The notes beneath the pieces were generated by a model that did not search any database, was not told where the DNA came from, and worked only from the letters and a program-made list of their open reading frames with translations. The position numbers and the translations under genes are program-made. 64,000 nt of DNA from Azolla caroliniana (lineage: Eukaryota; Plantae; Polypodiophyta): the NCBI GenBank assembly GCA_043228905.1, contig JBHGNT010000021.1, positions 8,866,001-8,930,000 of the forward strand. Reading direction: 5' to 3'. This document shows, piece after piece, positions 26,601 through 40,000 of this stretch; position 1 is the first letter of the stretch, and each line of letters starts with the position of its first letter.

Positions 26601-29600
26601 ACTGGCCTTGATAGAGGTGAAGTTATTGTTCATGATGAACCTGCCTTTTAACAAGTCCAGTCTAGGCATAGTTGATCAGTTGTATCGATCCATCGTCTTT
26701 ACTTATATTGGTGTTTAATACTTAAACCTTTTGGACGCATTAATTAACTTCCTCGTTTAAGTTTTCTTCATCAGAGGGTGAGAAGAAATTCTCTAGGTTA
26801 AGGTAAGTGAGGTTAGTGGCTTGACAGTGCTTGTCAACCATTCTCATCCGACTCAGCATCAATAGGGCATAGAGCAGTCCAGATCCCTCAGTAAATGATA
26901 TTGGCTTGGAGTCATAACTCTGCCAATATAAAGATGTGCATTGGATGAGTACACCTTGAACCAACACATCCTTTTGGCACCACTGCAAGAAAGTCCACGC
27001 AAGGCTGAAGCTTGACGCCATCAGTAAGCTTTTCATAAGCTTTTGAGGTTAACTTTGCCTACCCAGGGAATGAAGCAAAGAGATTAAGGAGGCCTTATGT
27101 CTGTCATAATGAGTGAAGGAGGAGGCTAAACCAGAGAGTTTAGACCTCTTAAGCGGGCTGTTGTGTGCTTAGTTTTGCTTTTTAGTTGATTTTCTGTTTT
27201 TTATAGTTTTCTTTCTTTTTACTTAGTGATTACATCTAGGATTAACAAATCAAGATACAATATATCTAATCTAGCTAGTACATGCTAGAGTCTAGGGCAA
27301 CCTATGCTATAAAGATCCATCCTATCCATGTCTAGTAGATAATAGACCAGCTTCATGCTGTAAGGATTCACCTTTTTATCCTTTTCCACTCATTTTTACC
27401 CAGATCAATCTTATACCAGCATTCACCTGTAGTTCGGCTCAAGTCTAGTATTGATGGACATATTGATGGTAAAACATTTGGCCCCCCCCAGAGCAACAAA
27501 CATAATAAGAGATGTCAACTTGCAATCTCTGTCAATCTGGAATTCCAGCTTCTGAGCATCATAGGAATATAGGCTGTGACATGAAATTATGATAAATCCA
27601 GTTGCTTCTCAACACAGTTTTCAAACTTAATGAATTGAAATATATAAAATTAATGATTCAAACAATCCAATAAATTATGAAAAAACTGCCAAGGAAGGTG
27701 TACATTATAAGATCGAATTAATCGAAAGATTTGAACAATAAAATGCATAAATAAAACTAAAGAAAAATGAGAAAAGCTCACTAAACTGAGAAAAAAAATT
27801 CAAAAAATGAGATTCATGGCAGAAAGTCAGCACTTATCATTAATTTATTGCATGTTGAAAGATTTATGCATGTGACAGTTGACTACTAATGTGTATAATC
27901 AGAATCACAATAAGTAGGATAACGCTTTGGGACTAAGAATAACTACAAACAGGAGAAATACCTGGAACTTCTATAGCTGATGCGTGGTATTTTCTAAAAT
28001 CTTCCCGACCCTTTGAAGACCGCTTCCCAATTACTGCACCAAATGTAGCTCCTCGAGGATATCCACCAATGAAAGCTTCTGGAAACACAACCAAATGTGA
28101 TCCAAGTGCTGCTGCTTCTGCAATCAATCTCTCTGCCTTATCTGCGACATGAACCAACATAGAAACAATGGTAACTAAATGATTCACCCTTTCTTGCAGG
28201 ATCAGAACTAAATGTTACAAGATTGTTGACATTAGCAAAAGAAAGATAGCAAGATAGATTTTACTATCATCCTCAAAGGACAAATTATCTATGGAACCAA
28301 AACTGAATCATGTTTACATAGTAGTGACTCTCAATATTCAAGAATTTTACAGATAAAAGTTGCAATTGAGAGTGCACATTGTGACTGTGTGATGAATATG
28401 TGTAGAAAGTGGACCAGATCGATACAGGAAAAAAATTCAAATGTGATAAAATGTAGTGCATTGTATCAGAGTGTGATACTTTGGCTCCCCCACTTATTCA
28501 GGGGAAAATATGCATAGTCGATGAGTCTCCTTGCCTGTGCCCCAGAAACCCATCTCATATTGAAGAGAATGTGAACTACCATGAATCGATGAGTCTGGTT
28601 TCCATGTTCCGAGAAGACGATGGTTTTGAAGTTTGGTGCAACATACGCAATATATTGTGTGAAACAAGAGTCTCCACATCTTTTCTAAGCTGCGGAACAT
28701 TGGCGTTGCAAAAAAATCCTCATTCACAAAGGAATCTATTGATACCTCATGAAGTAAATGTGATGCACTCCATTTTCCAACCGATTTCTCTATATCTTTT
28801 GTACATGTGGAACTTGAAATTTTGCTTTTGTGTCTTTTGAATCTTTTTAGTTGCTTCCGATGCGATCAAAAAGAGAGAAAGAAAGAAGAAGAAAGATATA
28901 TTAACGTCTTTTAAGAGGCCAAAATGGCCTATAAGACCAAACAAGAGATTACATCTTAAGTGTTGTCTCGTCTTTGAGAACAACAAATAAAAAAAATAAG
29001 TAAATAATACTCCGTAAGTATAAAAGTATATAAGATAAAAAGAGACGAGGGAATTTGGTTTTCGGCACATGTGAGATTCTCAAGTTAGATATATTGTAGC
29101 TTTTGTTTTGGAAAGATCTCTAGCATAGGTCGATCCAGAATGGAGATGTCTCCGAAGTGAGGGAAGCACCTGCGATGGCGGGAGATAATGGCTTTTATCT
29201 ATCGATGACAAGGGTGTCGGGGTCGTGGTCCATGGGGTCGGGGCCTACGTGCACGGCAAATTGCTATTGCCCGATCAATTGCAACCCCTTTCTTATGTCT
29301 TGGTCGGGAGCCCATTTGTGTATTCCGTGATTGACTTTGTAGTTAGGAGTGATGGGGCTAAAGAAAGTTGTGATTGTTCTTTGTGGATGAGCTTGTGTGG
29401 TTGTATTCTTCAACAACTTTTCCCGATGTCTCTTGAGATCTAGCAAGAAAAGTCCTAGGCATCGTTGGTCCTCATATTCCATTACCTTGTGTAGTGGGCC
29501 AAAGCCTTGTTTAAAGAGGCAATGGTATCTCCCTCTGATTTCATATATTGTATAGACGAAACTAACAAAAAAGACTCTTGATGCTACAAGTGTTTAGGGG

Positions 29601-30119
29601 ATAAATTCTCCTTATGTTCCAAACTTCAAATACTATGGAACAATCTATTCAAGAAAAAAATGGTTGTGACTAATAAAGATACACTGTTGGATTAAGTTGG
29701 TATTGTTGGCATGCCTCCTTTGTTTGACCATTGGTAGAGATGACAAAACATTTCGTCATCTCTTTGATGTTACAATAGAAGAAAAAAGAAGATGTACCCG
29801 TCATATGACAAGAAACTTAATTTTGATCACTTTCAAACTTTATCGCTTGTGAGATTTTTTTCCATTGATTTTAGAATGTCATGGAACAAGGCTCTAAGGA
29901 AACATTATCATATATTTTTATGATTTATTGTCTAAAGCACCTTTTCTCAATGGCGCAATATATTGAATTGATACCTAGAGTAGCAGGAGTATCATAGAAT
30001 ACAGTAGAAGCCTGAACGACTGTTGCACGAATAGTGCGAGTTGGTGGGAAACTCATCATGTCAATATCTGAAATTACAGGGACATCTGCCATGACTCCCA
30101 TCCTTAAGGATCCTTCCAT
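23687..30119 (-). CDS. NIT4: Nitrilase, NIT4-type (beta-cyano-L-alanine hydratase/nitrilase). Exons 30119-29975, 28141-27962, 26264-25971, 25277-24996, 23880-23687; 364 aa
   Basis: Catalytic triad motifs FPEAF, HRKLMPT and ICWENRMPL. Plant NIT4-like segments [18 protein letters not shown] and [14 protein letters not shown]. All introns are GT-AG in phase 1; total 1095 nt. Confidence 0.92.
25278..25925. repeat. Degenerate ~60-bp tandem array filling NIT4 intron 3
   Basis: Roughly 10-11 copies of a unit like CAGCTTGAAATACAAAGTTCTACACCTGACAAAGAATCCCACAAAAGTATTGG. Confidence 0.75.
28480..29520 (-). mobile_element. Possible degenerate LINE 3' fragment in NIT4 intron 1
   Basis: Only weak zf-RVT-like peptides; the composition differs from the surrounding intron. 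Confidence 0.25.
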
Positions 30120-30548
30120 ATTTAGTACACTGCAAAAAATAAGCATAAAATTGGTTTCAAAAAAGATAAATCCAAATATGTTGGATACAAATGTGAATTA
30201 ATACATAACGTGATATCAATCCATAAATGTATATACATTGATATTGTATGTAAACATCAATGATTGAATATGTACACATATAAATCAAAGATTGAATGCA
30301 TACATAAAAACTGTGTATGTGTGTGGATGCCCATGCCCGTGTTCCTTGCACGTATGTATGTGCATGTGAGGGGTGTGTGCGTAGCCGTAGTAATATAGGG
30401 TTTAACAAGAAATCATAGCAGAAGGCTCATATGTGTGCTGTTTTTTGAGAAAAGCCCTAATAATGCAGAGCTTAATAAGAGATCCCAACAAAAGAACGTG
30501 TGTGGTATGATGATACGAGTCTTATGAAGAAAGAGGCGAGAGGCTTAC

Positions 30549-30700
30549 CTTTGCAAGAAATTTAGGTGAATTGAGGATGATGAGAAAGCCTGTATCTGCC
30601 TGCAAATACAAGAAGCGCCTTCAGGGAGAAGACACGACTGTAGCAGAGCTTCTACATTTCTTCTTTCTTCTTTCTTCTTTCTTCAGAATGATAATAATCA
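30549..30700 (-). promoter_or_regulatory. Probable non-coding 5' UTR exon and core promoter region of NIT4
   Basis: Strong donor AG|GTAAG at 30550-30544 and acceptor TTTGCAG at 30130, 10 nt before the ATG. The upstream limit is not determined. Confidence 0.5.
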
Positions 30701-30779
30701 GAAAATGTACATACAAAACCCAAACACTTTTTTGAATAATGAAAATAAATGAATAGGACATGGATAAGAAGAAAAAACA

Positions 30780-31265
30780 GGACATTCGGGGCTATAATTG
30801 TAAATAGCCTCAATATTTGCCCTTAGTAGGCTTATATTTGTAAATAGCTCATATAGTGTATATGAGTGTATAAATAGAGTTAGGGCAGTAGTAGTTAGAT
30901 AGAGGGATGATCATTATTGTTGTAACAAGTTACAATGAGTTGAGTAGTTGCCTCTGTAACTAGTGTCAGAGAGAGTGTGTGATATAGAGTTTTAACCCTG
31001 CAACCGTATGTCAGACGAAGAAGAACTCAAGGTCATTGCCTTGAGATTCTTACCCGTGTATTCTCTTCTCTCGATATAGTGTTTCAGCTCGGAGTTTGTG
31101 GGCTCCCGTGGTTTTTCCCTTTTCGGGTTTTCCACGTAAAAGATCTTGTCTCTGTACTTCTGTTTTCCGCTTTTGTTTATGTATTGTCGTTCTCGATCTT
31201 TTCACCCGCACATGCATACGTATCAACCGGTTGTGCCTAGTTGGATTCGGATCATTTTCTCCCAC
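30780..31265 (+). repeat. LTR fragment or solo LTR related to the Copia C LTR
   Basis: Shares TATTTGTAAATAGC...GTGTATAAATA...TTAGGGCA and CTCCCGTGGTTTTTCCC...GGGTTTTCCACGT with the reverse complement of 44895-45617. The ends are not clean. Confidence 0.55.
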
Positions 31266-34200
31266 TTTTAATAAAGCAGACTGCTTTGGAGGACGTAGGC
31301 TTAATTGGCCAAACCTCGTTAAATTCTAGTTTGTCTTTTTTCTTTTTTTTACTCTACGTAATAGCTTTATTTTTTTGGTTATATTTAGTTAGTTATTTTG
31401 CTATAAATAACTAATAATATTTTGACGCTTCCACAACATTTGGTATTAGAGCCAAGGTTTTGTCTGAGTATGATTTGTGGTTGCAGCTTTGTCTGATCTT
31501 CTACATCGGAAAATAATTACTTTGGTCATTTTGAAACCGTGTGGTTATTTGTACTTGTCATATTGTAATAGCATCAAAAGATTAAAAAGCAAAGAATACC
31601 ATGTCAAATATTCCGTCGGGGACATCGGGCTCTTCATCATCATGGTCGAGGTTCTCGGTGTCTAGTTTAAAATTGGCAGTAGAAATATTTGATGGTATTG
31701 GTCATTTCGGCATGTGGCAAGGAGGGGTTTTAGACTCTTTTCCAATAGGGTCTTGGTATTGCTATTGAAGAAAAGAAACCATAAGAGGTAGAAGTTAAAG
31801 ATTGGAGCATCATTAATCGATTGACATGCAAAACAATTTGATCGTACATGTCCAAAGAGCAGAAGTAAGCTTTCAAGAATGAGACTTCATCACACAAATT
31901 GTCGAAGGCATCAGAGGACAAATTTCTGAAAAAAAGTGGTCAAAATAAGCTCCTTATGAAGAAGGGGTTCTTTCTATTTGATTATAAACCAGGTACTACT
32001 ATGAATGAACACATCACTATGTTTAATCAATTAGTTGTAGACTTGTTGAATTTAGATGTTAAATTTGAGGATGAGGATCTGGCTTTGATATTGTTATCAT
32101 CTCTTCCCGATGAATTTGAACATTTGGAAACTATGTTACTTCCCCGTGTCGCAGAAATTCGCGGCTTGCGGGTCGGCTTGGGCAGGACCACCGGGGTCTC
32201 GAACCAGGGAGCTTAAGAATGAGTGGCAACTGGGCTCGTTGAACCATATCCGATCTCACTCTGTCACCGGACTCCGGAAGATGAGCACATGGGCCCGCAG
32301 AAACAAGTCAATAAGCGCAAAACAAAGGAGAGAAGAAATGACACCTCTCGGACACAGAAGGTAGATAATCGATTATTAACACAAAACAAATAGGTCAATA
32401 CACGGATCACACACACAACACACTGAACACAACGAAGCCAAGTAATCAATTAAATACAGAAACAAGATACAAGGTTGGTCTTGGGCCGGATACAGAGCTT
32501 CGAGCTCAAGAAACACTAGTGAGTCTTTGGTTGGAACGCACAGGATACCTATGCAAGCAGAGGCCTCACACCACCTAATCAGATGAGCAGAACAAGACAC
32601 CAAATGCTTCTTCACAGTCCGGGAGGACCTTCCCCTCCCCCAAAATGATGATCCCTTTAACATACATCCTCCCCTCCTTTTATAGCTCCAAGGAGAGAGA
32701 GGGTTCATGTTATATCAAGTTGTTCTGTCCGCCGTTTTCTATTAGAGATATTTCCCCGATTTCCTCCCTTCTCTTACCATAATTCCCCTCTTTTGTGAGA
32801 TAACAAGCATACCTCTTAAAATACTCAGCCTTGTACTTATTAATATGCTCTTTATTTTGTTCTAATACAAAGACCTATTTCATGTGCATATTGCACACCC
32901 TTGTTCACACGCATCCGATGAGGTCTCTACTTGTGGCCGAAAGAGAATGTGTTGTTAGATGTTGTTTCTTCTTTGTTTTGCTTTATATAGTCATGAATTG
33001 AGAAAGTAGGATAAGATGAAAACCAAATCAACAACATCAGAAGAAGCATTGGTGGCAAGAGGTTGTCATAAAAGCCATACTAAGGGGAGAAGAGGAAGGT
33101 TCAAATCAAAAGGTCGAGTCATTGCCAAAGATGAGTGTGCTTTCTGTCATGAGAAAGGGCATTGGAAGAAAACGTGTCTAAAATTAAAGAAGAAAGGGAA
33201 GAGCCCACAAGATGCAAATGTTGTAGAGTGCAAACGTCATGCAGAACTAGATATTTCCTTAGTGGTTATGCCTTTGATGTCATCACATCCAGATGAGTGG
33301 ATATTGGATTCAGGTTGTACCTATCATATGTGTCCTATTCGAGAATGGTTCTTTGAATTTTAGGATCTTGATGGTGGGGATGTTTACATGGGTAATGATA
33401 ATCCATGTAAAACAACCAAGATAGGTTTGATCAAGCCACGCAATCATGATGGATCCACAAGAATTTTGAGGGATGTGCGGTATGTGCCAAAGTTGAAGAA
33501 GAATATCATCTCATTGGGGACTCTTGAATCTAAGGACCTAGTTGTGATGATGCGAGATGGGGTTCTTAAGGCAACTTTAGGAGCACTAGTGATGTTGAAA
33601 GGCATAAGGAAGAACAATTTGTACTATTATCAAGGTAGTATAGTGGTGGGGACAATGGCAACGACAACGTCAAGTACCAAGAAAGACACTAAAGCAACAA
33701 AGTTGTGGCATATGCGGTCGGGACATGCCGGTAAAAAGTTTTTTACAAATTCTTGCCAAGCAAGGATTGTTGAAAGGCACAAAGGCTTGCAAACTTGAAA
33801 TTTGTGAGCATTGTGTTCTAGGAAAGCAACAAAGAGTGAAGTTTGGCACTGGAATTCATAATACCAAGGGTATTTTGGATTATGTGCACTCCGATGTGTG
33901 GGGATCTGCCAAGGCTCCATCCATCGGAGGTAGGCATTATTTTGTCACTTTTGTTGATGATTTTTCTAGGAGAGTTTGGGTGCATACAATGAAGAACAAG
34001 GATGATGTGCTTGGAGGTTTCCTTAAGTGGAACGTTCAAGTTGAAAACTAGACAGGGAGAAAGATCAAGGTTCTTCGAATAGATAATGGTGGGGAATACA
34101 AGAGATCCATTTCTATAAGTATGCCAAGATTGTGGCATAAATCGACATTTCACCATTAGAAGAACACTGTAATAGAATGGGGTGTCAGAGCGTATGAACA

Positions 34201-34684
34201 AGACACTCGTAGAGAAAGTTCGTTGAATGTTGTCTAACGCTTGATTAGAAAAAGAAAAAGGGTTGAGGTTGTGATGTATGCGCAACATCTTGTCAATCGT
34301 TTGCAATCATCTGCTATAGGTGGCAAAACTCCATTAGAGGTATGGTCTGGAAAACCTGCAACTGAGTATGATACTTTGCATGTTTTTGGTTCTACTGCAT
34401 GTTATCATGTGACTAAATCAAAGTTGGATCCATGAGCAAAGAAGGCTCTTTTCATGGACTTCAAAGCTAGAGCGAAGGGATACCATTTGTGGTGTCTTGA
34501 GGCAAAGAAGATGATTATTAGTAGAGATGTTACCTTTGATGACTCTGCCATGTTGAACAAGGTAAGTCTAGAAAAACTGAATTATACTTCGATGCAGGTG
34601 GAGTTTGAGCAGATAGTGGTGACCCCAAGATGAAGCACCACCACGAATCTCCTATGGTAGAAGAAGAATTAGATGAGGAAGAGG
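31266..34684 (+). mobile_element. Ty1/copia E (Tork-like), 5' part, degenerate; interrupted by a solo LTR and by Copia D
   Basis: LTR end CCACAACA at 31438. PBS TGGTATTAGAGCC 31441-31453. Gag, Zn knuckle CAFCHEKGHWKKTC, protease WILDSGCTYHM and integrase HSDVWG are present. AT-rich. Confidence 0.85.
32147..32940 (-). repeat. Solo LTR of the Trp-primed Gypsy lineage inside Copia E gag; one end truncated
   Basis: Begins TGTCGCAGAA...GGGCAGGACCACCGGGGTCTCGAACC like 12374, contains the reverse TATA (CTTTTATAG) and CACACCC.TGTTCACACGCAT. Gag resumes at KENV. Confidence 0.75.
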
Positions 34685-37061
34685 TGTCGAATATTGGTCT
34701 CTAATGGCTGTAATCACATTGTATCTTGGACAAACTAGATTTAGGACAATTCTCTAAATATGTCAAAGGGCAGTTGCCCTAGCCCAGTTAGTATATAAGG
34801 GGCTTTGTAACCTAGTTTGTTGTTGTTGCTATTGTTAGAGAGTTGCCACCTTCTGAATAAAAAAATTACATCTTGTGTAGCTCTCTGTCTCTCTCATGCT
34901 GTTCCTTGATCTTGCTCTCACTCTTACACTTTGTGATCTTCATAGCAAGGTGTTGTTTATGTTTCCACACTAAGTTCTCGAACTCCAACATTTGGTATTA
35001 GAGCTGAGATTCTTCAACTCGCTACTAGCCATCATTAGTCTTCAACAACATTCTTGCTTCGTCTCCTTTGAAGAACCTGAGTTCAAGATCTCACATTGAG
35101 AAGAGAAAGAAAACAGAAGATTTGCACTCCACCAAGCTAGATCACTCTTGAGGTAAGCCAGTCGGTTGTACCTTGCTTTCGTGATTGCAGCCACTCGAAG
35201 TGGTATCTCCACCAAATTAGCCTAGATTGTGCTTTACCATGTTAGACACAATCTACTAGCTTTTCATAATCACTCAAAGCAGATCCTATCCCAGAACAAC
35301 CCCTATTTGTGCTTCACTCGGCTAGACGACATTCGGGAGGACCATTAGGCTCTGTACCTCTCATCGTTATAGTCACCTGAAGTAGGATTGACCTGGATAA
35401 TCGGCACAAAATTTGTGATTGACATCTCAAAATCGGCATCTGAAATCCAATCGACAGATTCGTATCCAACTCGATTAAGTCGATTGTAGTCACTTCGGAT
35501 AGAATCGACCAATAGTCGAAGCTGATTCGACTTGTGTTCAAATCTGACTAGAACAATATCGGGAGAGCCAGTCGGATGCATCCTATCGTAGTTCGTAGTC
35601 GACTCCAAACAGAGTCCAGTCAACAAACACAGATGGCATCAACATCCAGCTTATCAGAGATGGGTCTAAGGAAGTTCGATGGATTGAACTTCAACTTTTG
35701 GAAGGAGCAGATGCAAGACTATCTGATAGTCAAGAGGCAAATCGACCCCAACGAAAACGAAAATGCTCCAGAAGCATACAAGCCGAATGAGTGGCAGAAG
35801 CTGGACAGAATGGTTTGCGCCACAATTCAGATGCACTTGTCGGAGTTAGTGTACTTCATAGTGCAATTGTGTTCGATAACCCTTCAACTATGGAAGACAT
35901 TATCGGACACTTATGAGGAGAAGATTGCCGCCACAAAGATATATTTGATTTGGCACATCTATAACCTATTGATGAAAGAATCTGACTCGGTCCAGGCACA
36001 CTTGAACGAGTACGAAAGTTTAAGCTCCTAGATCTTGGCTCAGGGGACGACAATTAAAGATGAACTGAGAGCAATGTTGCTCATGAGCAGTCTCCCCCCT
36101 TTGTCGGAAACTTTTGTCACAATTGTGTGCAATGCTTCTACTGCCGTTGTGAAGTACTCCGAAGTTATGAGCGCAATACTGATTGAAGCAGCTCGGAGGA
36201 AATCATTTGCAAAAGATTCGATAGATAAAGCCTATGTAGTACAAGGTTTAGTCGACCGATCGAAGAGTCATGGAAGAAGTTCTTCCTGACAACTAAACAA
36301 TCAACGAAGTCGGAGCAAGTCTTGGACAACCGAATATGCAACTACTACAAGAAACCCGGGCACATCAAAGTCGATTATCGTGCACTCAAAGCCAAGAATG
36401 ATAAGGCTCAATGAGCTCATCAAAAGAGTGGCCAACATGAGGAGGTCAACTACGTTGGTTCTTCAAACCAAAGTATTGTTGAACGACCCGAACATACTAT
36501 CCATTGAGAACCTAGTCAAATCAGAAGCTCTGCTTACGATTGAGGAATTGAGCACAGGGCTCTTGGATTCGGGTGCCTCCTACCATGTGACCCCTCACAG
36601 ATCCCAATTTTAGCAATATTCGGTTCGACACTTCAACTTAGTACGAGTCGGAAATTCGCAGCATTGCGCTATTATCAGAATCGACACAATAGAGCTTAAC
36701 CTTCTGGGTAGCTCTACATTTGTACTACACAATGTCTGACATGTATCAGAGCTCTCACGACCGCTGATTTCAGTCGGACAATTAGACGAAGACGGCATTC
36801 GTGTCGGCTTCTCATCAAGAGGGTGGACACTCCATAGGGGGAACCTCCTGCTTGCTCGAGGACCGAAAGTACATTTGATGTACCCGTTATACGTCACACT
36901 CAAAGAGGGTGACTTGTTCCTGGTTGACATTCCCATGTCATCACTATGGCATGGACGACTCAGACACCTCAACAAGGCCTGCATCACGCATCTATCTAGA
37001 GCCAGCTACATCCCCAAACTCTCCTTCTCTTATCATCAGTTCTATGAGCATTGCTAGTATG

Positions 37062-40000
37062 TGTGAAAGTGTTTTTAGAATTCAAGGTATTGAAGTCTAC
37101 AAGAATATAAGGTATGGTGCGTTCACATCCGGAAGGCAAGATCACGAGCTAAGGTCTTGAGGATAAGTCAAACAAAAAGCAAGTCACGTGGAGAAAAGTA
37201 AAAGAAGAAAAAAGCGGGCACCAAAATGCAGTCTACAACGAACGCTCATAACTCATTCGTTTGGAAGCCAAATATAATGTGTAAATATGGGTTGGAAAGT
37301 TTGTGAAGAGAGCTATCCATAGGTTTTTAAAGCTCTAAATTTAGAGCTTCTACGAGGGAGATATGACGATTAGAAGATCGTTGTATCATAGCTAAGAATA
37401 GGAGATGGAAAAGCTGTAAAAAAAGCGTGGAAAAGAAAGCAAGCGAAACTTATCTACTAGAGGAGAACTTCATATAAAGCAAGAAGAGTGAGGTGGTGAG
37501 GGGGGCTTTTTTCTTGTGGGGTTTTTCTTGCCTATTCATGTAGTGCGTTTTTTCTAGTGATCAATTCATCCTTGTAGGCTTGAGTTTATGTATCTTCTTT
37601 CTCTTGTTTCTATGATCATCACTCCTTATTAATATATCTTTGTAGATTTGGGTTTCTATATCTTCCTTCTCTCTCTTTTCTATCATCATCTCTCTTTTCA
37701 TTTTTGGCGCTCCAGGGAGGGTCGATCCTTTCTGTATAACGGGAGGAACGGTTGTCCACTAATTGATGGTTGGATCTACCGATTCATCATCAAACTAATG
37801 GCACGATATGGAGTTCGCGATGCGACAGATCTACGAAGAGAACTTTTCCAATTGCGTATGGTTTCACCAATGTGCTACCTCGAGTATGAGAAGACGTTTT
37901 TGGATATATGGTCCACTTGGATTGGACTTGTTGGAGGCGTTGAAGATGTATACTTCAAGATGGAAAGATTCAAAGCAGGGCTAGATCCATATTTTCAATA
38001 TGAAGTGCATATGAAGTACCCAAGGTCTTTCCATGATTTGCTTCGAGTATGTCAAAGTTATGATCAACAATTGAAGAAGTTGTTATTCGGTGAAGCATAT
38101 GGATTATCGGCGTCATATACCATAAATCCAAGCTATAATAATTGTGGATCGGTCATGAGCCAACAACCAGCCTACTTGCAATGTCCGATTCAACAGGTTC
38201 CCTCATATCATTATTCTAATTTTTGGAGTTATAATGATGTCTATGAAGGTGATTTCAGAGACAATGAAGAAGAGGTGATGAATGTGGAGTTCCCCCATCT
38301 AGTTCATGAGGACAACCATGATATAAAGAATGATGATGTGAAAGACGAATCTAAGGAGATAGTTATGAGAAGCGATGTTATGGATGGTGATGCCAATGTA
38401 CATCATGTTGAGGACATTATTGATACAACAAGTGATATGGTGGTTGATGATGAATATGTGCAAGATGAAATGGAAGATATGACAAAAGAAGTTGTTGATG
38501 GTGAAGTACCCACAACGAAGTTGCAAGATGAAGAAGGTAACCTAGAAGTGATAGCTGGAGATTGGCTTTTGGAGATCAATGCGTGTAAGGAAGCATTGGT
38601 AAGTGCCAAGTTGCAGTGTATGAAGGTGTTCGTGCATGATTTATGTTTTGGATTTGCATTGAGTAGCAACAAAGTTATGTGGGCATCAACTCTTCAACAA
38701 CAATTTGACCAAGAGCCAAGAGATTTACTTGTAATGCATGATTGGAGTATCATTAACTTATCACCATCAAAGGATCCACCACAACTAATCAAATGTATAA
38801 AGGAGAAGGAATCATCTATCGACATTGGGAAGCAAGAAGAGGAAAGCATAACAATTGATGAATATTCGTGGGATAGGGAAAACAAATCATTCCACATGGT
38901 GTCTAAGGAGGAAGAAGAAGTCATTGAAGAGAAAAGTATTATCACCCTAAAGGGGAAAAAGAAGATGATTTCAAACGATGTCCAAGGAGGAGAGGATCTA
39001 AGGTTTATTTCTCTCTTTTTTAAGTTTACAAAGTTATTCATAAATGAGTATTCACAGATAAGAGTAGAAGGCATCAAGCACCACATCAAGTTGGAGAATT
39101 TGAAGTTTGTCTCACTTATTGTGGTTGTTCCAAAGGAGAAAGACGTCAACTTCCAATCCTTGAATGATTCAACCAAACGAGATTTATTTTTGCTTCCTTT
39201 TCGAGATGAGATTCTAGATGAAATGGTCATACATAAAAAACAAGGTAATGTGGAGAATGTGGTGTGCCAAGAAGAAAGTCATGTTGATGAAGCAAAGATT
39301 GACATAATTCAAAATATGACAATTCTGACAAGTCTCGAAGCTTTGAAGGTATTTGTACAAAAGGTTCGCTCGCTCGAAAGATTTATTCATATGTTAACAT
39401 GCTTACTTCTATCAAGAGTTATGTATCACATAGACCTACTTCTGTTTGGAAAGTTGATGAAGATATACTAATTGTTGTAACCTCTTTCTTTGTGTTGACA
39501 AGGAGAAAGATGGTGATGGCAATTGTCAATGTGTATGTGTGTGTGTTTAGAAGTGTGAGGTTTTTCCTATCGACTAGCGGGGGTTTTACTCACATAGTTT
39601 GTTTCTTTTCTATTTATTTTCTCCTTCTTTGTCTATAGCCATGAATAAGGCGAAGGAGAACCTTTAGTTTTATTAGTAGCTTAGGGTTCACCATAAATGG
39701 TTCACAAAAAAGCAAGGGGGAGGGCTAAATGTGAAAGTGTTTTTAGAATTCAAGGTATTGAAGTCTACAAGAATATAAGGTATGGTGCGTTCACATCCGG
39801 AAGGCAAGATCACGAGCTAAGGTCTTGAGGATAAGTCAAACAAAAAGCAAGTCACGTGGAGAAAAGTAAAAGAAGAAAAAAGCGGGCACCAAAATGCAGT
39901 CTACAACGAACGCTCATAACTCATTCGTTTGGAAGCCAAATATAATGTGTAAATATGGGTTGGAAAGTTTGTGAAGAGAGCTATCCATAGGTTTTTAAAG

